Below, piece after piece: positions 47,501 through 61,227 of a stretch of 64,000 nucleotides of DNA. How positions within the stretch are numbered: position 1 is the first letter of the stretch; every line of letters begins with the position of its first letter. The notes beneath the pieces are model-generated. The model did no database searches. It was not told where the DNA came from and was given only the letters and a program-made list of their open reading frames with translations. The stretch spans positions 279,921 through 343,920 of the forward strand of contig NMRA01000185.1 in the NCBI GenBank assembly GCA_002633005.1, written 5' to 3'. Source of the stretch: Phoronis australis. Lineage: Eukaryota; Animalia; Phoronida. The position numbers and the translations under genes are program-made.

Positions 47501-50500
47501 GCCGTTTAGACAAATCACAAAGGCAGCAGACGAAGTTACCGCCCACGAAAAAATGCAATCGACAAAGGACAAAAAATATTAATGTGACCATCCAAATTGG
47601 CCCAAACATTTGAGTCCTTGTGGTCCGGTTGACTCATAGTCATTTTTTAAATGATTACCAAAAACGAAGAGTCGAGGTCGCAATTACTAGCGTAAAAACA
47701 CCTTTTAGCTACGAGTCGGCACGCGACTTTTGATAAAACGGTTATGGAGCCTTGAGGCCGTACAGGACCTTCAGAATGTGTAGAGTGGGACACAACAAAT
47801 GTTGATTTCGTCAATCAAATAATCAGAATAAGATGTAGGTGATTACCAAAGTGCATTTTCATGTTAGAGGTATTCGGTACCTGTCAGTCAGAAAGGTGGT
47901 ACTTTCATGACCAGCTCTATAGGAAAAGGTGACTTTTCCGCCACAATTTCTTGAGAAAGAGTGTCTTACTAATTTAATTTAATTAGTTCAAAAGGATCGT
48001 TTCTCCATCGACAGAAATCTACATTTTCAAACCTCTAGTTGTAAATGATGAGCTCACATCGACGTCATGTCATCTCTTCATGTACTGTATAGTTCGGGTT
48101 CGGAGCAAAAAGACAGTTGTCCAAGAACCCCAGGCAGTGATTCTGAAGCGAAACATCACTGTGACGAGAGGGTGATTTTTTTCATAAAGTTCTCCACTGA
48201 TGGGCCCATTATGTCGAATCAGCATCTTAAATTTTCCAGGTGCTCTTGTGGTAGTCGCAAAGATGCAAAATCACGTTGGAATCAATTTTGATGAATATTT
48301 TGCAGTTTTGTTCAAATCTTTGGCCTAGTATACTAGTTCATATTTTCAGGTTGCGTACACCTGTGCAGCAGAGCACAGCGCCACCTATACTGAAAAGTTT
48401 CGAAATAATGTACAGAGAGGTGGAGCTGCCTGCACATCGTTGCTTTTAATAGTCAAAGACCATCATAATTGTTGAGCAAATCATGGGAAAGACTTCGTTG
48501 TTTCCGTTCCAGAAGCGAGGATTTTTGCCGCAAGTGTACGGCCAATGAATTCAGGGGCGGATCCAGGATTTTGAGTTGGGAAGGGGCAAGTCAGAGTATT
48601 GGCCAGGATTTTGCTCGTCAGACGTTCGCTGCCCCGAACGGCCAAATGGAAATAGGAGAATTTNNNNNNNNNNNNGGCATGACACCTTTGGCCCCCTCTA
48701 AATCCGCCACTGGAATTAGATCCACAGAACGCAGACCAGAAAGACTGCCAGTCAAAAAGTTTTGCGATGACCGATTGAAGTTACAGAATACCGCAGTCCA
48801 ATTTAAGGTATTCTGGAATTCTTTGCTTGCAGAATAACCGCACTTTGCCCTAAACGAGTCGTGGTGATCACCAGTTTTTCACCAAATATATTGTTTCTCC
48901 GACACAATTACCTCACTCGTTACAACATTATAATCCGACGCATGTGTTGGGCAGTAATTTGAAATCGTGTAGCAACATTTTATCAAAACGTCGAAATGTG
49001 AAAAAGGCAGGAGGCATTTTAAGTGATGTAGTCTTTAGGTAATCTAAACAACACTGTAGTGTTTTGATACTGAATTTAAGAAAATAGGACATACTGTGTT
49101 GAAAGTGGTAAAATGGTTGGCTAAACTCGTGAAGGTGATAAGTGAGCCGGCCGCACAATCTAATGAGAGGTATATGAGTAATTTGGAATTATGATGGTGG
49201 CATCTGATGCCGGAGGGATAGTCGCCCTGGGCTTTTGCGGAAACTTAACCTGGTCTCGGTTTCAATTTACAAAAACGAGGCCAAACTTTGTATGTGATGA
49301 AATTGCCTTACTGTTAGCGTTAGGATGCGGCGTCTGCACATCGTGAAGTATATTCAGTGATTCTTCAGCCTGGCTGGCAGCCTCGTCCTGCGAGGGGTAC
49401 GTATGGCCGGGCCTGTTGTCCGTCTCCATGGAGACGGCGCCGGTTTTAGGGAATGATGGCCTCTTTTGCACGTCTCTAAGTTCATTGGAGGACTGGATCT
49501 CGTGTTGGAGAGTTTGCGCGCTGTCGACGGCTCGACTGTTAACTACGTGTAATTCGGCGACAAACAACTGGAATTAAATGACAGTAGTCATAAAATAAAC
49601 GCTTCAATAAAATGACGTAATAAAATGGTCAATACAATGAATACTACATGCAGGCCTACACTACGAAAATCAATTGCCTTTAGTCTAAACTATCGCTATT
49701 CTTTTGTCATTCTATACTCGTGTATTTTTGTTGTTTAATTTATCGTTTACTTTATGTAACTTTATGGTGTTTTCCCGGATGTTCATGGGCCCATCTCTAA
49801 TATTTGTGTGTTTTACGATATCAGTCAAATGGAATCAAATGGAAAACACACTTCCACCCGAATACTACTACCGCGTATGCCTGTAAATAAGCGCATGCGT
49901 CTGTTACGAAAAAATGCGGTTTTTTCGCAAGATTTCCACTCAAAAATCCCGCATAAAGTCCACAGTTAGGCGCAGCTCCACAGTTAGGCACATATGCTCA
50001 ATTCCAGGTCTATGCAGAAAGTATTTTAATTACGGATTTATCAGTAATTTTAAGCATACAATAAATGTTTCTACCTGGGCGCAAACGAAACGACGGGATT
50101 ACTTTTCAGCGCAATATGAATTCCTGGGAGTTGGAATGTTTCGAATAGGGGTGCATATAGTATTTATATATGAGTTTTGTGGTCAAATTAGAAATAGGAA
50201 CTTGAAAACAAAAACGCCACTAGAGTGCACCATAAACAACATTCCTGTGGATGACATTTGACCAATATCGAAACATCCTCTATATTAAACTCTAGCATCC
50301 TTTTTGTTTTTAATTTCCAAGTAATGTTCTTGTGAGTGCAAAGGTGGTAAATCGGATTGTAAAATAACAATGAAACAAAACAATGCTAAATTGAACTTTT
50401 TATATGAAAAATGTATGAAGTTCAAATCAAGGAATACTCAAAATATGGCAATCTACATAAATCATAGTCATTTAGTCCATTGACACATTAAAATTATTAT

Positions 50501-51200
50501 TACGCGTGAGGTTGCCCCGTACTACCATTAGCTCAATGCTTACTCAATACCGCTTTCAACACCGGTGTAATAACATGGTATTTTCTTTGAATGTGTTTAA
50601 AAGCTCTTTTACGCGGAGCCATCTACAGTCAAAATCCGATGACAGCATGTTTTCAGATTACCACACGCGGTAATTACCATCCACGTCCATTCACTTAATT
50701 CAATCACACCGGGGGTGCTCCATGGAAGTGCTGAAATTCATTTTGGAACTGTGCTCACGTTGACTGACGGAGTTGGCAGTTACTTTGTGAATTTTTCTGA
50801 CCCCGCTCCCGTAGAATGACTTTCTGATTTGTGAAACGGAACCCTGGTATTTATTAAGTGAACGCGATACTTTTCTCACTTGTTTACAAAATAGACCACC
50901 GCACGGTCGACAAGGATGTCTGGTACTGGTTAGACTGTTATGTCTTTTTCTATCAAAAAATAGCGTGTTCTGAGAAAAGCTGTTGTTTTATCGAGCAATT
51001 TGTTTAATGTTTTTCAGAAAATTTTTATGTTTCACGACACTAGGCATTTCCTGTGACGGTGACAATTCCAACATTTGAGGTCAGTGTCGAAATCAGAACT
51101 TTATGAATTGACGAGAATGTACATTTTATTAATGGTGTTATTATCTCACCACACACATACTTCCTTTGAATAAAGTACATGTTTTGAGTGGAGCATTCAT
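44318..51200 (-). CDS. Putative secreted prepropeptide-like protein (~215 aa); exons 51200-51150 (tentative), 49567-49312, 44910-44758, 44505-44318
   Basis: Three exons with strong polypyrimidine-AG acceptors (two GTAAG donors) join in one open frame (phases 0/1, 1/1, 1/stop). KR and KRR sites and a C-x11-C pair are present. The first exon was chosen only on phase and splice signals. Confidence 0.55.
44758..44910 (-). CDS. Exon of putative prepropeptide gene (...SLPKRRLSPEDIKRIIR)
   Basis: T-tract + ggttgcag acceptor, gtaagt donor, 153 nt, phase 1/1. Confidence 0.6.
45901..45987. repeat. Dispersed repeat fragment (second copy at about 58154-58240)
   Basis: AACTGAGCCCTTA.TTCAATGAA.AT.AAT...TTATTTTCA is shared. 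Confidence 0.65.
46432..46695. mobile_element. GC-rich MITE with CATGCGCG(A/C)ACCCAG ends
   Basis: Inverted ends; related fragment at about 61480-61624. Confidence 0.7.
48552..48712. mobile_element. CAGGGGCGGATCCAGGATTTT-type MITE with 5-bp TSD (contains a 12-N gap)
   Basis: Ends CAGGGGCGGAT / ATCCGCCACTG, flanked by GAATT on both sides. Confidence 0.8.
49312..49567 (-). CDS. Exon of putative prepropeptide gene (LFVAELHVVNSRAVD...PNAN)
   Basis: ttccag acceptor, gtaagg donor, GC-richer than its flanks, only one open frame. Confidence 0.6.
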
Positions 51201-52282
51201 AGCATTTCGAGAAAAAACTGTCTACTGAAATCAATTTGCGTTTTCAAGTTTAGAGCATAGTTCTTTTGTTGTAACCTCAGGTTTGCCAGAAGGATTTCAG
51301 TAAATTTAACTCCACCGTAGGTTCTTCTTGTACTTTATATGTCACTAGCTGTAGCTTACTGATAAATATGATTTATTGTCGCTCAAAAAGCAACCCTATT
51401 CAACGAAATACACCCGCGCGGGCAAAATGCGTGAAATTAACAGCAGTGATCTTGTGATTCCACAACGATCGACGAGCAATGTTGACTCCGTGCTCCACCA
51501 ACTACGTAAAATATCATGTTACATAAGCGCAAGATTGTTTTCTTTCATGGCGCGTGAAGATAATCTGCCCACGCGCATGCTCGGCAACCGGAAGAGGGAA
51601 GTGGGACAAAATCGCCATCTTGTTGCAAAACCTGTCATAGGTGTCTAGCCTTGAACGAGGACAAACATTACTCTGTTATACAATCCTCGAGTGTGTGGGG
51701 ATTGGTCAGCACCTTGAAGAGAACAGAAGTACGACAAAAATCCACCTTGCTTCTTATTTCGCAAAAGATCTTCTGGTGGCTATAGTGGAGCACTACCTTC
51801 AAACTTCATGAGTGGCGGTACTCTCCCCCTCCCCCCCTTCGCTTTCTGCGCCTAATTAATTCTAATGGTTTAAATGTGTGGCAAAAAAGTAGGTTTATCC
51901 CTACGGAAGTTTTCATCTAATCAAAATTTGAAGTCTGCACCTGTCAGACCAATTGGCAATTACCGTACAAAAGGCGTCATTATTTTTCAACATTTTGCCA
52001 ATATTAATGGTTGTGTTACGTCCAAGCCGAAGAATCTTCTTTTCTAGATTAAACTAGATGGATTTGCACAGTGAAATATGTAATATGTCGCAATGTATTA
52101 AACAGTGAAATACTCACGCGACCCAATGTCAGAATCACTTTACTAATTACTGTTTCCATGAAAAGTGTAGGCCTACTCGATGATTGCTGGCGTTTCCAAG
52201 AAACTTGTCTGTTAGTTCAGCTACATGCAGACGCCTAGCTTACGAATAGCATTATAACGCAAGGTCGGGAATCTTCAAGAAA

Positions 52283-52400
52283 GGAGGCAGTGTGGCCAAG
52301 TGTGCCTGCTTTCTTTACTCGAGGCCGTGGGTTCGAGTCCCACTGGGTCACACTGCTAAACCTTTGAGTCAGGTTTCTAGCTCCTCAGCTCGGTTTTAAA
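52283..52400 (+). mobile_element. tRNA-derived SINE remnant
   Basis: A-box-like TGGCCAAGTG and B-box GGTTCGAGTCC; no intact cloverleaf. Confidence 0.55.
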
Positions 52401-54911
52401 TATTCAGATATTGCACGGCGCAAGTAAGAGACGATACAATACACGCAACAAATTCTGTTTAATTTATCACAGAGAGAAGCCTTTCTAAATACAGTGTTTT
52501 TGTATTTTAAAATACAAACAGGTTAAAAACAAGAGAAATTTTCGGACAGTGGTTTGCATACACCAAGTTGTGGGCGACTTTCTGGTTCCGGGGAACGTGG
52601 GTACCGCCCTGCCGCTAATGAGTGCCTTACCGTAACTATCAGTCGGTAAATTTAGCATAACCGTAGTGTACATGTACAACGGAGCCCAACCGCAACAACA
52701 CATTTTTGCTTCGTTTTTGTCCATTACCATAATCTTCACATTGTTAACCATTATAAAACTATTTATAGCTTTGCCTTTTCCTTTGCATTTACGTGATCTA
52801 GGAAGTAAAGTGTTTTTGAAAGCAATCTTAAGACTTTAATTAAGAAAATGCAGTTTGTGATTTTTTCAATAATTTATCTTGTCAAACAAAGCAATGTGTT
52901 TGATAGTTCGCGTTTTCTATTCTTGATCTTGTCCGGTATGTTTGACAGCGGGTAATGAATGAAAAAGGACTGATTCGTGAGAGTGACACGCACTACTACG
53001 AGTGAAATGACGCACAATTGGTGCCCTGTCGTGACTGAACAGCGCAACGGTTGATGACGAGTCGGAAGCAGGTTGCGTGAAGGACGTAGGCGAAGAGAGT
53101 GATCGGTTCTGACGTGTGCAATATTTGCATTTGTAAGATTGCAATCTCCATCTCTCTCTCGGGAGATGGCAGATGGTTGAACGTCCGTGGATTATTTCAA
53201 TAATTAGAGGCTGTAGAGTCCTGGTGCTATTTTCGAGTGACAAATAGTTCTTCGAATCCCTCCTTAGGGAGAATGAAACAACAGAGATAGACAAGAAAAA
53301 AAAAACCTTTCGGGTGTGTTAAAACGTGACCAGCAAATGAAGCAAGTAAATAATTTGCAGGGCAAGCAAGTGATTGCCTGTTCCACCGCGGTGAGAGAAT
53401 CAGGTGGGGCAAAATGGGGGCGCTACTGGCGGGGAAGGGACGAGTGCAGGCTGGAGAGCACATTCGATTTCCCTCGACCCATTGTCAAGACGCTGCCTTT
53501 CCTAGCTCAGACACAAATTCACTTAGTGTTACTGTTCAATAAACAAATCTGTTAAATAGCACATTACAATCCCCTATAAGCGTAATAAGGCAGTGACCGA
53601 GCAGTCCCAGGCCCCTTGAACACACATTCCGGATCCGCGCCTTCTGGGTTGGCAGGTTTGACCATTTTTGATGCTTGCATTCCGCATTATTTTTAAATAA
53701 TTGGTAGCTATTAGGCCCAAGCGATTTTGATGCTAATGATTTTACACGCTTGGATTTTTGCCACATGCACGGGTATAAAACACCCCGACGGATAATTTAA
53801 GGCTACGAAAACACACGAGGTATTCTAGCTGTTATGTAAAGAAAGCGAGAAGACGGTTACACAACATCAAAGCATGTAAATAGCTTAGTAATTTCGCTTC
53901 GTTGTCGGGGTTTGTGATCTCTATAGCGTCTGTTTGGTTAGATCGCGAATAGCGACATCTGACGCCCGGGTGACATGAATGAAAATTGAAGTTCCCCTTC
54001 CACTTCCAGGGTGTTCAATAATTCGGTACTTTGGTAGTTATTGTAACGCATTTCAGCCAGTCACAGGACAGAAGTTTCAATGGTCGTCTAATAATAAAAT
54101 AAGTATAAAGTCTTCCTAAAATATCGATGGAGTAGAAAAGTATTAAAGAAAGCTGAAATAAATATAGACCGGTCGATCCCATGCAAGTATCAGTTCACAT
54201 GGACCTGTCAGTCGCGAGAACAATCGCCCTCGGCCAACCCAGCCAGCTATATAGATGCCACTGGACGCATGTAGTTCAGCCTTGCACCAAAGTTATCCTT
54301 CGTCTGGCTTTGAGCTCGAGCAACGTCGCATTCTCAGTCCATGTCTCTGATGTCACCCTAGGGATCAGCGCATATTAATAAATTCATTTCGCTTGGACGC
54401 GCGTACCACAGGGGGCGCTGATTCGGGATTGCTGCTCATTTACGCACAAGTTGTAGCATGGTGTTACACGATTGTGCTGAGGTTTAGGGAGTAATGCGCA
54501 AAGTCTCGAGAGTCGAACTTCTGAATTTCATCCTAGGCTTCAAAACCAATATGGAGCCTGGTGACAACTGTCGGATTTGTGGTGTTTTTTCAACAACTGC
54601 GTCAGCTATGACTGCCGGTGACAGTTGACTCTTGTAATACATACGTCAATCTTTCAAGTTTCTTCACTAATGTTTTTATATTATTTTGTCGTTGTCACGA
54701 CTGAGTATTTGTAGAACACTCGGCCAAAAGAGTTCCACATGTTCACAAGTCGATTGATCACGTGTCCTAAATTATAAGCACCATGACACGACCGGTCAAT
54801 CTCTGCGGGTGCGTGATGTCGGACGAAACCTTGACCGCGTTTGTTACATAATCTGCGTGAAAAGTGCGTTGTGCACTTTTAAATAGTAAACTAGTGCTAA
54901 ATACGAAGCCT

Positions 54912-55046
54912 GAATTCACTGAGAAACGCTAGGACCTCGCTGAAAAGCAAAATATCGCGAGATTACGTGAGATATTTCCGTGTATTTTAAATGAGAACAC
55001 GTGATTTTAGCGAGGTCCTAGCATAGGTCCCAGCGCTATTGAATTC
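54912..55046. mobile_element. Short palindromic MITE (copy 2)
   Basis: Similar to 25663-25800. Confidence 0.8.
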
Positions 55047-58000
55047 CACCCTGGTAAGCGAAACTTGAAATTAGTAGCATGCAAGTAACGGGTTAAAAGT
55101 ATAGTCATCACAAAGCGGCTATAAACTCCACTGTCGAAGAAACTAATTTTTGATTCAAATAACTTACCTTTAAAAAAATGATCTAAAATATTTCATTTCT
55201 CAGACAGGGAGATGATTTTTGGTCTTGCAAAGAACGGCGATTTGTAACTGTTCGAGACCGTGCTTGGCGAATAAAATGGCGAATAATGAACTCCTAGAGC
55301 CTGAACAAACTCATGGTTTTTTCCTAAGCCAGAAAGCACATCCTTGACCGAGAACTAATTTGAGACTAATTTCATAGCGGAGAGTGGTCCAAATTAAAAG
55401 TTGATTTCTGTGACGGAAAACAACTTGATTTATAAAGTAGGTCTGCATAGTTATTAGCCGTACAATCTTAGTGAACTTACACAGTCCATTTGCCATACCT
55501 GAGTGGCTCTTTTGGTCATTGCACTGAGATATGAACGCCAATGCGCACATTTAGTAAAAGTCAATGTTGACATTAGTTCTTGATTAAAGAATCCTGATTT
55601 GTCAATGGTAGTTAGTAATCCTTGTGACCAACACATTATGTCTTTCCTATTGTGCTAAATTAAATCAACTTTTCCATTCATAAAACGTAGGAGTGTTATA
55701 TACAGACTAATTAATTATAACGATTGCTTTGCTTTCTACATTGGCCTCACTCTGAGGAGGTTGGTAGAGCGAGCGCATTGCTGACCATTGCACCTCTGAT
55801 AAAGGAGGAGCTGAAAACGAACATTAAGCTGATTTTTAAATACTTTGCTAGTGAAGGTAAGCATAGGTGTGTGTCCAGGGGGGGGGGCGGCGGCATGCGA
55901 TACATATTTGCCCAAACATATAGGATTTTTCCCCGTCGCCACCAATTTCATTTTGTCACCCCCCCCCCAGATCGTTAGCTGCAAATTTCACCTCGACTCC
56001 AATTGTGAGTCATACTGTCGCGGAGTTCACTGGACAGATTGTCGCATTATACCTATTTTATGTCGTTCGGGTGACAATGTGTGCCGAGAACGACATTGTA
56101 TGTCGCAACATGCCCTCCTTCCACGTCGGCACCAATCCTCCCCACACCAAACAGGCTATTTCATTTCTTTGTATTCCTTTATGTTGATTGGTATTTGCTA
56201 TAATGAAGTCCCACCTGCCCAGACATAAAAACTATCATACAAACTATTTCGTCCACGTGATTTCGTTACAGGGCCATCACAAACAGGGTAAAGTAACCCA
56301 AGGGCGATTAAGCGGGTCCGGAACCCCCTTTGTCTTAATTTTAGTTATGTCAAACCTATAATTTTCAATTTTCTGACTTGGGTCCTCCTTTTCAAAAAAT
56401 CCTTGATCCGACCCCCCCCCCTTTTAAAAATTCCCAGATCCGCCCCTGCCCTTGTGAAATTTTTGACGACTAAGGTGACAATTGGTAAACTGGTAGCCTA
56501 ATGGTGTTACTAATTTTCTTGTTCGTCTTTCAATGAAGTAGATCAAAACTATACGGCTTTTGCATTGAAAATACAGATACAGAAAGAGCTTTCGAAATTG
56601 ACATTTGCAAAATACAAACTATTTTGGAAATCACGTTTCAGTAGAAAAAGCCGGCCGTGACGGAAACCTGACGATTCCAAGAACTGCGGGCACAAAAGTC
56701 ATTCCTGATGCCAGCTGACTAGTTTCAGCAAAGTCGACCCAGGCAATACTAATTATGAAGTCCTAATTAAGTTACGTCTTCTTAAATAATATAATATTAT
56801 ATAATAAGAAACAGTAGCAATGATGGACAAGGACACACAATGACTCAATTATGCCGTTCAGACAATCGACGACTTACCGAGAAAATCACAATCAACATGT
56901 GCTTGCGACTGTCCTGGAAGTTTTTCTTCACAAAACTCATTGCTGTGATGCCCTCTTGCAAGATTCTTTGAGCAGACGAACATGTAAGATAACTTTCCAG
57001 GGAACATTTCGAAGCTATATAGGAATGTACGACCGATGAATTATTTGTGGCGCGTCAATGACGTCACTTGTTTAAGTCACAGCGCGCATCAAGTGGTGGA
57101 CCAATCAGAGATACCGTTTGATTAGGAAGGTATTACCGTATGCAGACTCACGGTCATTTATATCTATTGACAAAATATCAAAGTTTGTGCTGACAACCGC
57201 GGGTTTTGCGACTAGAGTCTGCAGTTCTGGTCTAAGTCCTACGTAACAGACCAAAGTAGATCTTTGTCATCGACAAAATCAAACAACAGTCTCGCTCAGA
57301 ACAAGATCAGAACACGTTTGCTGCAATAACACACATTTTGCCCGCAAAATAATCCTCTTGATTGGCACGAACACCTCGCTCTGTATTAGCAGGGCAACCG
57401 TTCTTTCATTAGCAGAGAAACTACAATAAAAGCATATGCACATTTAAATATATTTTAGTTTTTATTTTAATACTTCAAAGAAGGTAGCGTCAATACACAG
57501 CATAGCTTTCCGTGAGGGCATTTAACATATTCACGCCATACACTTCCCTTTTTCGTATAAACTCAGCGAAGCGAAGGTCGTCTACACAATGCTCATCGTC
57601 TCCTATCAAGCGAAGAATTTCAACCGGGGCTTCACAAAAATCACTGCGGTTATGACGGGAAAAGAATGCAACGAACAGCAAAGATGTAGTGGAGACTCAA
57701 TAAAACAATTGAACATACCCAGGCTGTACTAAACTGAAACCTGACCATTCTGAAGTCTTTGAAATATTTGTTGTAGAGAATCAATAAAACACGGATACAC
57801 TTCGTGTTTGTGTACAAAAGAAGTCTTTTCATCTACTTAATTAAAACCGGAGCAAAAAATCGTTGCATATTTTGATTTCGCTACAAGTATAAGTATTAGT
57901 TAGTATAAAGGTTGTGCCTCTTAAATTCGAGCTTCGATTCACATTCCGCGGGACCTGCAAACCCCAAACCGGCGGTGTAAATTCCCTACCCAGATTAGAA

Positions 58001-58719
58001 TCATGAATCTCTGATGAGGCATCTATGTTTCAAGCGGGAACTTAACTAAGCTCCCTACATCTTCTGCGTACATACAAATTTTATGCTGTTTCTATCATTA
58101 TGTCTTTATTTTGAGTTTTTTTACTGACGACATATTTCAATAACATGTCTAGAAACTGAGCCCTTATTTCAATGAAAATGAATAGGAGTTTAGTCCATAA
58201 ATCAGGGGCGTTGCCTGAAAAGATCCCTACTTATTTTCAGAAAGACAAAAATTTCTAGCAAGTCATCACCCTGTATGCTTACCCTAGCCCCACCATACAT
58301 TCGAAAAATTAAACACGCTTGAGAGAACTTCAGGGGATGTGGGTTAACGGAAATGAAGCCTGTGTAGTAGTAATCATTTTAAGGTGGTGATAATACAGCT
58401 CAAATGTGAAATGAAATATTGAGGTGCGTTTCTGCTAAAAACTGACACCCATACTTGAGAAAACAAGCTTATTTATTCTGTATCTCAGTAGCAACATCCT
58501 CTATTTATCTTGTGGTGTGAATTTTTGGAAAGCATGTAAACCGTTAAACTAAATTGCAAGCATTCAGAAACAGTTGCAAGTACAGGCAAAAAAGTTCGTA
58601 GAACGATACTGTTCTGAATAAATATTAGTATGAGCACAGCTCCAGAAATCACTTTCGCATTATTTCCAGGTTCTCATTCGCATCAGCCCTTGCATACTGT
58701 ACATTCACTAGTAAGACCG

Positions 58720-58840
58720 AGCTCAGAGGAATAGGAGACACCTTTGTGCAGTGCTCGATTGTCAGCCAGTAAAGCCAGGATTCGAACCTGGGTCTCCCAA
58801 ACGGGAGTCCGGAGCTAAAACCACTGAACCACACACTCTC
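58720..58840 (-). mobile_element. tRNA-derived SINE remnant
   Basis: Minus strand has TGGTTCAGTGG (A box) and GGTTCGAATCC (B box); acceptor stem does not pair. Confidence 0.6.
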
Positions 58841-59760
58841 CTCGATAGCAGCGGTTCCTATTGAATAGTGCTGTTACCGTCTACAACAAGGATGATTTCG
58901 GTCTCTGGCCTAAACATCATACAGAAGTTAAAACCAAATGTTAGGAAAGGCTACAGTTGGACTGTGCATAAAAGATTAGAGTTTAGGGTAAACTATAACA
59001 GCGGATCTATAAAGGATACTCGAACTGTTGAGGTTCCACATTGAACAAACATACCATAGGGGCTCACCATGCAACGCAATAGGGATCGTACTGTTATGTC
59101 GATCTCCGAATGGCTTTCTTGTCGAGACTTAAGCTTCCGTCATACACCGCAATGTTGGCAAATAACTCTCAATGAAACCAAATTAGAGCCGCACCGTTAA
59201 CAATCGTGGTAAGTTAAGAATTTTCTAAATTCTCAGTTGGCATTGCATTACGTGTTTCTGGTTTAGGTACGGGCACAGCTACAATATTATGTGTAAATGA
59301 CATCGTAGCACAACCGGATGAATACCCTATTTTAATCGAGTTTGCACCTGTAAAAATATAACGGGAATGCTGGACTTTTGATTGAATAACACATGACGAG
59401 ATTTCCTTTTTCAGCAATTTTTTCGTGAAAAATTCAGGTGACCGATGACTCAATTGAATTGGCCGTACGCAAGCCACAAAAATCGCTCGTGTATATCATA
59501 AAATACCTGACATGAAGCTGACAACAAAAATCCTGAGCAGATGTAGGCACGCACAAAAACTGAGTGTGTGACGTAAACCTTTTAGGACTGCATATCAGGT
59601 GAGTTGTTAATTTTCGATCCCACGTTTTTGAAGGGTTTATTTAAGAGATTTTTAACGGTTAAAGAAACATAATCAGCTTAACGGGAGAAACACGTATTTT
59701 GGGGACGACTGTTGGATGGCATAGACTCCTTGAAGTCATCGGTATTCTACCTTTGACCAG

Positions 59761-59985
59761 GGGCCCGTTCTAAGAAACTGACTTAAGTCTAAAATTTGTC
59801 TCAACTTCCAAACTTTGAAACTTCCACGTCCGGCAAACTAGTCAAAATTAAGACAAAACCTAAGTCAAAACCTTACGTCATAAGATCTCTTTCTTGAAAC
59901 GGACTTGAGAAAGTTTAAGATTTATCTTTACATTTACTGAAATTTAAATTTGTCTTAGCTAAGTCAGTTTCCTTGGAACGGGTCC
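59761..59985. mobile_element. PIF/Harbinger-like MITE
   Basis: TIR GGGCCCGTTC.AAG.AAACTGACTTA / TAAGTCAGTTTCCTTGGAACGGGTCC, 3-bp TSD CAG. Confidence 0.85.
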
Positions 59986-60002
59986 CAGAGCTCCGAAACT
60001 TC

Positions 60003-60170
60003 AATGCTGTCATTCAATCATATCTCACGTTGCGCTTGTTGAAAAATGCTGTTGAGATCATGCCACAATGTTCTCATTCAGCCACACGTCACGTAACAAT
60101 TTTTCTGACGTCATGTCAACAATTGGCATGACGTCAACAGCCTTGTGACATATGACTGAATGACAGCATT
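60003..60170. repeat. Short inverted-repeat element containing two TGACGTCA palindromes
   Basis: AATGCTGTCATTCAATCATAT / ATATGACTGAATGACAGCATT. Confidence 0.7.
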
Positions 60171-61227
60171 GTTATTTCAGTCCAAGTAAACATTAAAATA
60201 TTAGTTTCATGAAATGTAGTCGGTAAATTAAACCTTAAATAGGGTTGAAAGTCCGCACAATGAAAGTGTAGAATCAAGTGCCATACACATTACACTCGAA
60301 ATGCACATCAAATATTATTCTGCATTCTTTGATCGCGTGAACACATTTATATTCTGAAATAATACGGCGAATGTAGCTTCAAAAGAACTTATTTACTCGA
60401 AGATTCGACTTTTTTACAATTCGCTTGTCACTCCGCCATTTGCAATTTTTAACCCACCGGTGAACTCATGAACTAAAGCATTCACTGGACTCATTGGCTG
60501 GCATTCGGGTCACTACATGACGTCATTAGGTCAAAGACTAAGAGTAGATTGCAGACGATTTGAATCGTTGTTGTTAGAGGAAGGTAAAAAGAGGAGAAAT
60601 ATAACCGGTAAGACTGTTTGCGGTTTTTTAAACGTGTCAAGAGAAATTAGATTTAGTTAGTGCCAACACACTGAACAGAGAATTTCCCTGTAGTCTAGTT
60701 GTCAGCCCAATAGCTCCCATAGTGAACCCTGCAATGTTGATTACTGTAAACTTTTTTTGTTGAAATATATTAAATATGATCAGGAGAACAAAATTAGCTT
60801 GGTTGCACTTACTGCAACTTTGAGCATTTTTTGCAATTCAAGATGGCGGAATTTCGACCCACTTTGGTTTTTTCAAACTTGATGACAAACAGGGTCACGT
60901 AATACATTTTTATACCATTTTTCTGATGGGGAGTCCATTTCTGGTGTTATTTTGTTAATACGGAGTCATTTTCAAGGTCAAACCAGAGGTCAAATGTCAA
61001 AACTGCTTAGCAGCCTTCCGACATTTAGTTTTTTATCTCATTATTTCTCATTTTCTTCGTTAACCTCATCAAGATATATTTTCAATATGCTCACTATTAC
61101 ATACACGTACTATAGTGGGCCAAACATTTTGCTCACAAGTTTCATGAGGGTTGTATTGGCACAATAGAGAAAGCATGTGGCATGGGAATGCTCATACGCT
61201 CAGCAGTTCAATGCTGGTGCATCTAGT

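Noticed and set aside
48057-48360. Extra minus-strand exon of the prepropeptide-like gene
   Set aside because: All three frames from the best acceptor contain early stops, and the flanking exons already join in phase.
58745-58840. tRNA gene (also considered at about 52285-52350)
   Set aside because: A and B boxes are present but no complete cloverleaf could be paired; better explained as SINE heads.
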